NCBI GenBank assembly: GCA_023213395.1
Contig: CM041465.1
Coordinates: 249,743,741-249,807,740 of the forward strand
Direction: 5' to 3'
Length of the DNA: 64,000 nucleotides
Origin: Cycas panzhihuaensis
Lineage: Eukaryota; Plantae; Cycadophyta
Part shown: in pieces, positions 25,427 to 37,589 of the stretch
Numbering within the stretch: position 1 is the first letter of the stretch
Layout of the letters: each line of letters starts with the position of its first letter
Position numbers and translations under genes: made by a program
The notes under the pieces: model-generated
Databases searched by the model: none
What the model was told of the DNA's origin: nothing
What the model saw: only the letters and a program-made list of their open reading frames with translations

Positions 25427-28400
25427 TCACGCGTAAAATTTCTTGAGGAACTTTCCATTGACCGCTTTCTCAAATTCCAAGCCGTCTAAGGTGGCGATTC
25501 TGTATGCGCCGTTATCGAGGCTTTCGAGAACGACGAAGGGGCCTACCCACTTGGGCCCGAATTTGGCCAAGCGATCGTAAAGATACTCCAATTTGAGGAC
25601 ATGGTCCCCGGGACACAAAGGACGGGCACGAAGGCGTTTATCGTCTTTTGCAAGCGGCTTCGCGTGAGGTTCGCTTGATAAGCGTTAGCGCTTCTCATCC
25701 GTGGCTTGAGGTCTGGAGACGAGCCTCGGCGAGTAGACTCCTCGTCAATGAGGCCTTGAAGGAAACTCAAGAGAAGGGACCTCCACTTCCAACTAAGTAT
25801 CGCCGATCCCGTAGACTAGCGAGAATGGGGTCATCCGGTAGCCGTCCTGATAGAGGTGCGATAAGCCCATAGAGCGTATGAGCTGAATATGCCGCCTCTT
25901 TGAGACCGAGCGTGATTTTCTTCAAGATGCCAATGAGCGTTTTGTTGAAAGATTCAATTTGCCCGTTGGCTTAGGGGTAATAAGGGGATGACGTCTTATG
26001 CAAGATTTTGAATTTCTCACACAATTCGTCCATTTCCTTATTACAGAAGGGAGTTTCATTATCCGTAATTAGGACGTCTGGAATTTCGAAACGACAGATA
26101 ATATGCTGGTAGATGAAGGTGGCTATCATCTTGCCAGGGGTAGTGGACAGGGGGATCGCCTCTGCCCATTTAGTGAAGTATTCAGTGGCGGTTAGGATAT
26201 ATTTATGTTGTGCGGAAGATGGCGGTGATATAGCCCCAATGGGGTCTAAACCCCATTGGGAAAAGGGCCACGGAGACACGATAGGGTGCAACGCCTCGGA
26301 AGGTATGTGAGACACGTTGGCGTGCTCCTGGCAACGCCGACATCTAAGGGCGCAAGCGTGGGCGTCCTTGAACAAGGACGGCCAGTAATAGCCCATGCAG
26401 AGGATCCTTTGGGCCATGGATTGGCCCCCAAAGTGGCCCCCACAAATGCCATGGTGGCCCTCGCGGAGTATTTGGTCTGCTTTGTTAGGAGCGACGCAGC
26501 GAAGCAGGATCCCATCGAAAGATCTCTTGTACAACACCCCGTCCACGAGGAGGTGCTGTCTAGCGGTGGCGCGGATACGCGACCTAACTTTGTTGCTGGC
26601 CTCAGGGCGATATTCTTGCTGAGTCAAATATCGCACAATGTCGCCATACCACTCGCTATCGGCGAGTGGGTGAGGAGGAGCATCGCGGATGGTCATGATA
26701 GACTCGTCCGGGAAGGAATCGTCAACAGGGACGCTGCTCTCGTTGGGAATGGCAGCGTCGGCTAACTGTTCCGCTACTATCATTCCCTTCTTCGACTTTC
26801 TATTGATGACCTGTAAGTCAAATTCTTGAAGCAGGATGGCCCAACGTCCCGTCCTACCTATCAAGTCTGAACGGGTAAGCAAATAACGCAAGGGATCAGA
26901 TTGGACAATCACCTTGGTTGTATTACCGAGCAAGTAATGCCGAAATTTCTTGGTCGCATGGACCAAGGAGAGGCATTCCTTTTCGGCGGGGGGATAGTTC
27001 AATTCAGCGGCAACGAGAGTGCGGCTGATGAAATAAATGGCCCTCTCGGTTCCTCGACCGTCCTCCGTGCGAGCATTGCGCCTGTGATTCGTCGATTCTT
27101 AGGTGTATAGGATGAAGGGCCTATCGAAGCGAGGAGGCGCCAGCGTAGGGGCGGAAACGAGAGCTTCCTTGAGCCCTACGAAGGCCTTTTGGGTCTTATC
27201 CGACCAGACAAAAGGGGCTCATTTCTTCAATAGGTTTGTAAGAGGCTTGGCGTTTATGGCGAAATCTACCAAAAAATGCCTCAAGAAACCAAGCCTGCCT
27301 AGGAACGACTTAATTTGTCGTTGGGTCTTAGGCGGTGGCATGTCAAAGATCGCCTTGACTTTTTCCGGATCGATTTGGATTCCTTGTTGGGACACGAGGA
27401 AACCGAGGAGTTTGCCCGAAGTGACAGCAAACACGCATTTCAGTGGGTTCAGGCTTACATGATACTTGCGGCATCTTGCGAAGATGGCGTGCAAGTCGAA
27501 GGGGTGGTGGGCTCTGGTACGAGAGAGGCCCATCATATCGTCCATGAAGACCTCTAACGTATTATTGATGAGGTCATGAAAGATGAAATGCATGGCTCTT
27601 CGATAAGTAGCCCCTGCATTTTTAAGACCAAAGGGCATTGCCTTGTAGGCAAAGGTACCCCATGGCGTCGTGAAGGCCGTCTTATGACGGTCTTTGGGAG
27701 AGATTTGAATCTGGTTGTAGCCGGAGAAGCCATCCATCAAGGACATAATTTCGAATACGGCTGTACGGTCTATTATTTGATCGATGAAAGGGAGAGGAAA
27801 GTTGTCCTTAGGACAAGTGTTGTTTATGTCGCGAAAATCGACACAAATACGAATGGTCCCGTTCTTCTTAGCAACGGGAATGATATTCGATACCCACTTG
27901 GGTTAATCGATGGAGGAAATAAGTCCCGCTTCTAGGAGCTTCTCAACTTCCATCTTAACGGTAGTCGAAAGCTTTGGGTGAAGGGGACGCTGCTTCTGAC
28001 GCACGGGACGAGCGTCAGGGAAGGTTGTAAGGTTATGCGTGACGATGGAGGGGTCAATGCCCTTCATGTCCGAGTATTCCCACGCGAACACATCGCGGAA
28101 TTCCCAGAACAGGAGGGTGTATTCCCTCACCTCATCAGGGGTACACTCCGCTCCTACCTTGATGACCTTATCTGGGGCAAGGACTATATCTTGGGTTGCC
28201 CCCATGCACATGGCATTCCCCTCCTCGAAATGGAGGGGGGTGAGATCAACCGGAAGGGAGGAAACGAGAGAAGGGATGGGGTCGGCTAATGTGGACCCCA
28301 TCGCTAAGACCTTCTGATGGCCAAGCTTGTGGTGACCGGGGGGCAAACTCGGCATGGAACCGGTAAGTGTTCAGAAAGCCTCGTCGTCTTCGAAGTAGTC

Positions 28401-31400
28401 CACCCCATTGATGACCTGACTTCGAATGGGCGAGGCGAGGGATGGCGTGGGAGCGATAGGACCGGTATGGCTCAAGGCGCCGTCATCCGCAAGGGACTCC
28501 GAAGGAGAGTCAAGGAGAGGTCCCTCGTAAAAAGCAAGAGGGAAACTCTCAACATCGTCACCTACGGGAGGCGACGGGGTGGAAGAGCCAGGAACGCGAT
28601 GATCAACATGCGCAATGTCATGTGACATGTGAAAGTGACCCGGCTCTACGACAAAAGAGGTCCTAGGAGGAAGCCTAGGGCTAGGAAGACGCCCCACACT
28701 GGTGCGTAGGAACGAGACTGGGTGAGGACGGTCCTCGTCCTCACTATGGGATCTGTCATCATCAAACACGGCAAGATACCCATAGCTCCCGACACCAATA
28801 GGAGCAAAACGCGTCAAGCTAGGAGAAGAAGACGCGGGACTTTCTTCTCGGTAAGGGGAATCAGGGATTCCAATGGAGCAAGCTGAGGCATGGTCAGGAG
28901 GGCGTTTGTTTCCCTTCGTATGGCCATGGCTTGCCTGGGTGGGAGGCCTAGCTGGTTTGGCGAGCGATTGCTCGCGGAGGACAACTTTCATTTGTCCATT
29001 ATGGACAAATTTAAGTTGCCCCCAACGGGTGGAACACACGGCTCCCATTTGGTCAAGCCATGGTCGACCCGTAGCGTGTTGTAACCAACATCGACAACAA
29101 GGACGACGATGTCAGTAACGATAGTCTTGTCCTCGAGGGTAAGGGGTATCGAGACAGATCCTAAGGGAGTCTTCTCGGTACCGTCATAACCCTGACAACG
29201 CCATGGAACAGGTTCCAAGGCGGAAACGCCGAGCTCTTGCATAACGCCGCAGGGCATGGCGTTGTGGAGAACCGTTGTCCATGACGGTTCTCCGTAACGC
29301 AATCGAGAGTATCTATGGTAATGGTGAAAGGAAGTTCCATTGGCGTTCCCTTCCACTGGATGCGGGAAGATCTCTGGGGTCGAAGGAGATAATGGATTCA
29401 CCTCTTGGGGTCGTACCCAAGGCATGAACGAACGCGTCGTTCGATCTAAGAGCTTCGGGAGGCGCTGTTGCTCGGGCAACTTCTCAAGACGTCCATGATG
29501 GACATCCCGACCCACGATGAAGCTCTTCGACTACGGAGAAAGGCTTACCCCTCCCTGTGGGTTGGGTAAGGGCTCTCCTAAAGTCGAATCGCCGGGCGTC
29601 GGAATAGTCTTGGGAAGTGCGGGAATCTCCAGAGGAGTAGCTTCCGGAGGAGGATCAAGCTGCGAGGTAGACGCGGAGGCACCTGTTGCCTCCTTTGCAG
29701 CTTGAGACCGGGTTAACGCGTAAAGAGGAGTGGTCTTGAGCATTTGGATTACCTTCTTTCCCTTGTTACGAGACCGTGAAGGTGATGGAGCGCGGCGGTT
29801 AGGGGACCGCGAAGGGGAAGGTGACCTTCGCACACCCTTCCCTTTACCATGCGAAGGGCGAGGATCGGGAGATCTATCCAGGTCGATTGTTCCTTTGCTG
29901 AACAACGCGACCATGTTCCCCATGTTTGGGGAACGAGTCTCTATGAATGGGTTGATCGAGGTTAGGCCTCGATGTCTGCCTAGGGGACGAGTCGCGGCGG
30001 GCGTCACTTGGTCTTGTGTGCCGCAACGCGAATCATCATGGAAACATTCTCGTGGATGGAGCACCACCTCTTCTCAAGGGAGGATCGGTCCTCCTTGCTT
30101 GAGAAGATCGGGTTACCCCTTTGGGGCATCGCCGAAGTCTGCCGGAGGTTTATGGGAGGTTGGCGATGAAGGAGGTTGGAGTTTTAACTCCTTCATCGTG
30201 CTCGAATGAGCGAATGGCGGAGGTAAGGGGATCTAGGGTCCTCTCGATCGGATCTGAGGTGGACCTGGCGAGGCTGCGAAGGTTTGGTCTCCTTCCTTTG
30301 GAGGCGCCTCGCGACGTTGCGAGGGCTTGGGAGGTTTCTTGAGTCCCGCTTGGATCTCAATGGCCTCCAAAGCTAAACACCTCGTGATGGCGAGAATCTG
30401 CGTGGTTGCCCCCATCTTGAGGACTTCCACATACACTTCGGGGCGAAGTGCATTGACAAAGAGATCCCTCTTCAACTCCTCAGGCAATGTGGCCTTGGTG
30501 GAGTGAAGAAGATCGTGAAAACGTCGCACAAAGTCACGATTCATCTCATCGTGACCTTGTTTAAGCAACAGAAGCGCATTCATTCCACTTTCGAATGGAC
30601 GAGCCACGTCAAAATAATTGACGAACTCATCCACCAATTGCTGGAATGAAGAGATCGAATGAGCGGGAAGGCGGTAAAACCACTTGAGGGCATCGCCCTG
30701 CAAGGACATGAAACAACTTCATAAGGATATGGTCGTAAGCCCAATAATCGATGCACGCCATAGAAAAGCTGCGTACATGCTCAGTTGGGTCTTGCGACGA
30801 AGTCCCGTCGAATTTGGGAACTTCAGGAGGGTGAGGCGGTAGGTTAGTCCTTAGCACCTCAACAGACAATGGCGTCGACCTATAGTCCACGAAAGGACGT
30901 GTCCTTGCTTGGGCTAATGGATCGACAACCGGTAAAGGAATGGATGGGGGTGGTAAACCTATCCCTCCTTAGGAAAAGGCCCCTTGTTGGAAAAGGGGCT
31001 GCGGGTAAGAGCTCTAAAAAGGAGGTATGCTCCCTTACGATGACGCAGCAATGGGAGTTGCGCTGGACGACGGAAACAGAGGATGAGGGACCAGGTTTTA
31101 CCCATATGGGCCACCCGTAGGTGGCGCGACCCCATATGGGTGCAACGGGTCCACCCCATAGACAGGGAAATGGCTTCCCTTGCCTTGCCCCTAAGGTTGA
31201 GACGTGTAACCTGGGGGCACGTAAAGAGAAGGACCACCAATCGGGTTTTGGACATATGTAGGAGTGGGTCCTACATAGCTAACGGTAGCGGCACTGGTAG
31301 GGCCTTGAGGCCTACTAGGGAACGCGTGTGCCACGTTCAAAGGTGGCGCATGCGTTTGGCTTGGGCATGGCATGCTAACCCCAAGTTGAGGAAAGGACAT

Positions 31401-32003
31401 ACCACGAACAGGTCCTGAAGAAGTAGGACCACGATCGAAGCAGTGCGACACTTGCCTTGGGAGCCGGGGTAGACACGGCATAGGACGTGTGTGCGTGGGT
31501 AGAAGCATCGATCGTTGTAGATGACGCAGGCATGGACGAAGAAGATGCTACGTTGTGCATCATTTCTGTAAACCATCTAGGATGCGGCTGGCGGCGAGCT
31601 GCTCGAAAGTACTCGCTAAGCACCTCGACCGTGTCGGCGGGAGGGGTATCCTCATAGCCATACGAGGTCAAAGGGACTTGAGTAGGGGATCCTCGGCGCC
31701 CTCGTAAGGCTCGCCCGATTGGGGTGGCGAGTCTCGTGAGGGCCAATCTTCCGCTTGAGGCGGAAGGCTGGAAGTCATCAGGATGGAAATGGTCATCTAG
31801 GTAGTAGATGGAATCATCGCCCTCATGGGCGGATTCCTAATGTATGAAGGGAACTCTTGAGTTCTCGAAGTCATGGTACGGTAGGCCCAATCGGACGGGT
31901 AACCTTCCATTGTTGAATCGGGGTTCGACGACGGAAGGGAACGAGACGATTGGTCTTCTAACGACAACGGCAAACCTCGCAAGCGATGCGAGAAACGTCG
32001 CAT
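25427..32003 (-). pseudogene. gag-pol polyprotein of the Tat element (several stops and frameshifts)
   Basis: Gag (PKFDG..DPTEHV; SLQGDALKWF) 30233-30890; CxxH...HxxxxC knuckle ~30020-30070; protease VMDNGS ~29265-29290; RT (LMDGFSGYNQI, TPWGTF, VFMDD) 27219-28355; RH-like tether ~26750-27120; integrase (HHCC, WGLD, ITDN, QIES, KWVGPF) 25427-26660. Confidence 0.93.
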
Positions 32004-32162
32004 GCAACGCCTTCGCGAGCGTCGTTAGAAGAAACGAAAAGGAAAGGAAGGAAAGTGATGCAAACACGTTGGGGGTTGCCCAACTGAAAACACAGAATGC
32101 GAAACTACCTAGAGGCAAGAACACCAACAAGGAGGGGAAGCGGTTGGCTCCCTTCTTGGCGG

Positions 32163-32179
32163 TCCTAGTATGGCCGCCA
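32163..32179 (-). other. Primer binding site of the Tat element
   Basis: TGGCGGCCATACTAGGA one base after the 5' LTR CA end; loosely tRNA-Arg-like, primer identity not established. Confidence 0.8.
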
Positions 32180-32180
32180 G

Positions 32181-34762
32181 TGAAACGCTCCCTGCGGGGC
32201 GGTGATCCTTCGTCTAGCAAAGGGATATAAAACACCACACTGACTAGGCTAGGCAGCGAGGATCTCACCTCGCAGGCGTTCGTCTTGGCCGAGCGCAGTT
32301 CGGGGCTGCAAGGTGCTGGTTTCTTCTAGTGGCAGTGCAAAAGCGAGGCCTTCCTACCCTTCGGATGGCCGGGAAGGAGAGGAGGCGCCTCGCGCGTTGC
32401 GGCTTCTCAAGGCAGTGAGAAGGCAACGAAGGCAAGGGGGGACAACTGACCCAACGCACAAGCAAGTAAAAAAAGGATAGCTCGGGTTTGGCACAAAAGG
32501 GGGGTGTTTACACTATGCTATGTAAGCAAGAAACTAGTGCATAAAAGTAAATGCAAGAAGCGTTTATTTATCCCTTTTTCCTTTATGTTTCCTTATCTTT
32601 TACCTATCAGGCAGACATAAGAAGGCAAGAACGATATAAGAGGAAATATAAAGGAAACGCGAAGAAAACCTGGATCCGGCGTTTGAGGTCGAAGTACGGT
32701 TGATCTCGCATTTTTTCAGCTCCCTCTTTCTCCTTTCTCCACGTACGCGACGTCGGTTGACGGTGATAAGGGGGTTCACTTACCTCCCTGTGAGCATGCG
32801 AAACCAAATGAAATGAAAGGACGAAAAGGAAGCTCAAAACTAAAAGAGAAAGAATACCATACGGGAGCTAACCGACAATGGGTTCGCTCCACGCGCCACC
32901 TCCACCAACGCGATCCTGCAAGATAGCACAAAGAGCACCTTCCTCTCAAGGGAGAGGCTACAAAATATACAAGGAGATATATGTATATATACTGCAAACT
33001 GAAGTCAACTTAGCTAAACAAACTAAATTATATGTTAAAATGTGGCAAAACGGAAACGAGAGCATATGAGATACTTTTATACTACCAAATGCCGCAAACA
33101 CACAAAGTGGAACTGGGTATAGCCTCGGGATGGCTAACTCACCCACGGGAGGTCTCCAAAGGGGCCCGGGAAAGGAATCTTTGGGTGGTGACAAAGGTGG
33201 ACACGGGTTGTCTCAAACCAGTCTGGACATCCTGACACAATCTCCTAAACTCCTTCGACCCGTTCCTTAGGCCAGCGTGTATGGTAAGGGGAAGAGGACA
33301 AGGGACGGAACCCTTGGGGAGAAGGACGGCAATGGGGGACGGAACCCCGCCTATCTCCCTCAAATCCTCGTGTATGCTCCCTTACTCTAGCTGACTGAGG
33401 AAAGAATGGAAGAAGGCCTGGAGAAAGTGAGGGACCCCAAAGAAAAACTGGGAAAATGGATTTGGGTCAAGGTAGGACTACGGGGCGGCTATGGCCAATG
33501 GTAGCTACTTTCATTCAAGGGGTAAAAGCAAAGGGAAAGAAGAGGTGGAATGCTTGATAATAAAAACAAGAAAAATGCAAGTATGTCCAAGGGTTTGTAA
33601 GCAAAAAAGCAAAGGAAATACAAGTAAAAGGAAGAAGAAATGCAAGAAAATACAAAAAAGCAAGTAAAGCTAAGGGGTACCTTGTGTAGAGAGGTCATGC
33701 ATGCCTCCTACCACTAGGGACAGCAGCAATGGAGGTCAAATGAAGGCTGATCGTGAGTGTTCCTCACGCAATGTGGGTGGAAGAAGCTCTCTGGTAAGTT
33801 TGGAGCTATGGAGTGAGTCTTTAGGCGACTTCTTTGTTGAAGAAGTCCCTTGAATCTTTGTGCAGCTGCAAGAGGAAGAAAGCTGGTTGTGGAGAGTAGT
33901 AAGGGGCAGTAATGGCCCTGCAAAATCCACTGGTGGCAGCCTAGTCCTCCCTCCTCGATTCTTTGTGCCTGAACTTCTTTGATTTCTGTGTCTTTTCTCT
34001 TGTCTTTTGTGGAGAGTTTTTCCTTAGAAGTCTTGGAAAATGAGCTCAAGAATCATGCAAATGAATAAAAAAAATCCTTTTATCTCTTGTTCACAGTAAG
34101 TGAACGTTGGGGCGTTAGCGCCTCGATCGTACGGAGCCACGCGGCAGTTCCGTGAAAAAACGCGGAAACTATCGCGTGGTTCTCTTTTTTTAAATTTTGA
34201 ACAGTTGTACCGCGGCAAACTCTGCGGTGTCAAGAATTCGCAGCATCGCTTAGTTTACCGCGGTATCAACCTGAAATTAAAAAAGAGAAAAAAATAAACA
34301 GAAAAATCAGGTTTTGAAGTAAGAACAAAGACTAAACATGAATTACATCAGTTGGGGGGAAGGCCGAGCAAAGGGCAAGTACCCAAAACAATGCAAAGAG
34401 CCCTAACTAAGGGTTAAACCGGACTTAGGAATGACTGCAACATAAGCGACATGTTATAACAAGAACAAACAAGCTGGCAGAGATAATCTCGAGAAACTGT
34501 GGAGACATCATGGGTGGTTGTACGCCATACGAGGTGTCACATTCGCTGAGGAATGCCCCCGCTGTGAGTCGTCATAGGCTGAAGGCGTGCCGTTAGGCAC
34601 ATGCATTATGAGCAGGCAGACAAACAAATGCATGTAGGCAGGCATATGTCAATCAAACTACTCTAAATTACCTTAATTAACATAGGTAAGAAAAGTAAGA
34701 ACATATACCTGAACAAACCTGTGTCGATGCGTCTCGAGTCCATTCCCAGTAGCTGGGAAACA
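32181..34762 (-). repeat. 5' LTR of Tat element (2582 bp)
   Basis: Direct repeat of 18175-20732, followed by TSD GTGGA. Confidence 0.96.
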
Positions 34763-37589
34763 GTGGACTATTTTAAGCTGACTATTTCTTTATTGGGAAC
34801 ATCATAAATAGAATGGGAGATACATAACTTTTAGAGTATGCATACATTCCTTTGTTGAATTCAACTTCAAATGTACAACTTATTCTTATATATATGTGGA
34901 ACGTGTATCATATCCTATTTCGTGTAATGTATTAATGTTGAAGTCTTGAGATGATCTTTTATGAGTTTGTAACCAGAAAAGTGTGGAGAGTGCTATTATC
35001 GTATATTGTTATGAATATAATCTCTGATAAAATATACATGGTGTTGTTTTCTAGTAGAGGGGGCTTCTTACTTACTGCCTAGAGTAACACCTATAGCCAA
35101 GGTAAACTCTAGAGAGAGAAAAAAAAATGCTATAAGTGACACATCCCTATGAGTGATGAAAGCATTCAAGTTTGAAGGGTAGATGTGAGTAACTTTTAAT
35201 AAGGGGATCTAGGGTTCTTTTAAAATAGTAATTTATTTTCTATGTTTCCTCAAAATAGACTAATATATTCTTTTACCTACAAACATATTAAACAAGGTAC
35301 ACAAACCAAACCAAACAAGATATATGAGTAGCCTTTACTTAGTTTGATACTCAAAATGCCCATCTACTCAATGATAAGTCTGATTTCTTTCCTTTCCAAA
35401 CTCATTTTTAACAATCTTTCTTGTAAGACAAAGCTAAAATATAATGCTACCAAGTACCTATTAATATTTGCATATGAAAACCCTAAAACAAAACCTATGT
35501 AAGAGAGTAAGAGGAGTTGCCTCAAGATTATAATAAGGCTATATGTGAGTTGTGCTAATTGAAATTAAACAAATCATCCAATAGTAACAAAATATAAGTG
35601 AAATAAATAACAAAAATAATTAAAAAAAAAAAAGATTAAACAGATAAAGAATGGAAGCAAGTGAAATGACCAAACTAGTTTAAAATAATTATATAAAAAT
35701 AAAACATGAGAGTGATGGTATTATCATATTAATATTACATAAGCATAATGTTAGACACATGGTATAAATAAAAGGATGATACAAAAACAACTAAAGAGAC
35801 CTACAGTATGGTTGCTAATGTGGTATAAGAGACATATGACATAGAATAGAAACCAAGAGTATAACAGAAATATCAAATAAAAATCAATAAAAAAATATCC
35901 ATAATCATGATTCATAAATCCTCAGTTAGAGGTGAAAGTAGATTAGAAATGATGATAAATGACCTTACTTAAGCATGAGTAAACAAGTGCATATATGAGA
36001 GAAATTATATATTCTAAAAATAAAAAGTCTCATAAGAGGGATATTTATAGTGAAATTAGGAGGGAAAAGGGAGAATAAATCTTAAAATTTATTGTGAAGT
36101 CAGTTTTAAAGATTGATAGGCATTAATTACATTATTTGAGAAGGTTTAATTATGAATTTATCCTTGATACACCATAAAACTAACCAATAGTAGAAGATAA
36201 AAATATAGAAATGACATAATTTCTTTATATTGTATTTGTTTTCAAGCTATGACAACTCCTTTCATATGTGCTTGAGCAGATCTACATAATAGAGTAGGTA
36301 AACAATCAAGTAAATTTAAATCAAGGTTAAAAACTAAAAGAAATAATAATGTAAGTGAAAAATAATAAAATACTCATGTTGACCAAAATAAATTGCTTAG
36401 AGGATCACTGACTCATACTTAACTCACATGATAACTAACTCAAAGGGAAACTCAATCCATATTTAACCCTTATAAACCAACTTAGAGGAGTACGGGCTCA
36501 TGTCAACTTCAGATGGTCACTCAAATAATCTAAAAGAGAATGTGAAATAACATAAAATGTAGAGGTGCTAAGGAAGAAATGTATTATAATGATTGCCATT
36601 AGTGTTGACTTAGCTCATAAAATCATGCCTTTATAACATAAGCTATTATACATAACTAGATCTTATTTTCATTGTTAATAAGTGGAGGGATATAATATAT
36701 GTAGACAAACACAAGCAAATACTTAGTTAAAAAATAAGCAAATACAAGTAATTAGATGCAGTATAAGGTAAATGATAAACAACTTATATATATGTAATTA
36801 TAGAGAGAGAAATTATGCTTAACATTCCGAAATTAAGGGAAGGGTCCCAAAATCATGGAAACATTTGGCCCCTTGGTAATGTAGCTTGGTGGATCTCATG
36901 TGAAAAAATGTGAACAGTACTAATATCATATATTTTGATTATATATATAATATTACCAATATATTATATCTTACTAAGGATATATGTGAGTGAGCATAAA
37001 GATATTATGCTAGTACAAGGTTGACTAAAGTATTTACCTTACAATTCTACTTTTTAGATACTCTTTAGAAGCAGTAGAGAATTAAGTAAGTAGTAACTTC
37101 TATGTGTGAAAATACAAAGCTAAGGATTAAAGACTTGGAAAATGTAGGTTAGTTAATGAGTGATAAGAAGTGAATATATAAAGGCTACAATTGACCTACT
37201 ATGAATTTATAGGGTGTTAGTGAGAGCTCTTATGATAGCAACATGTTTAGGAAGGTTATTTATGGCATATGTAATGAACAACCTCACATTAGACATAACA
37301 TGACTAATGTCGTCTTTTGTGAATAAACGATGCCATGGGAATGTAATATCAATCTAAGATTTAGATTGAGAAATACAATTTGATGGATGTGGAAGTGTGT
37401 AAAATCAACCAATAAGAGGTGGTATATGGAGATGTAAAATCTCAACATTCCAACTAAGATCTCTTCAAGGTAAGGCATCTAAGAGTGATGACTTCAATAT
37501 CTCTACCATCTAGCTATAACACCTCTCTTTTGTGCATAAATCAAGCCTATGGTCCAATAAATGATAATGTGAAAATAATAAATTGGTCA

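Larger units (their letters stand above)
18175..34762 (-). mobile_element. Young full-length Ty3/Gypsy Tat-clade LTR retrotransposon (16.6 kb) with a 3' accessory cassette
   Basis: LTRs 18175-20732 and 32181-34762 (TGAAAC...GAAACA); perfect TSD GTGGA at 18170-18174 and 34763-34767; PBS; gag-PR-RT-RH-INT; separate archaeal-type RNase H. GC- and CpG-rich compared with its flanks. Confidence 0.96.

Noticed and set aside
26113-31418. Plus-strand ORFs overlapping gag-pol
   Set aside because: Antisense shadows of a GC-rich coding region.
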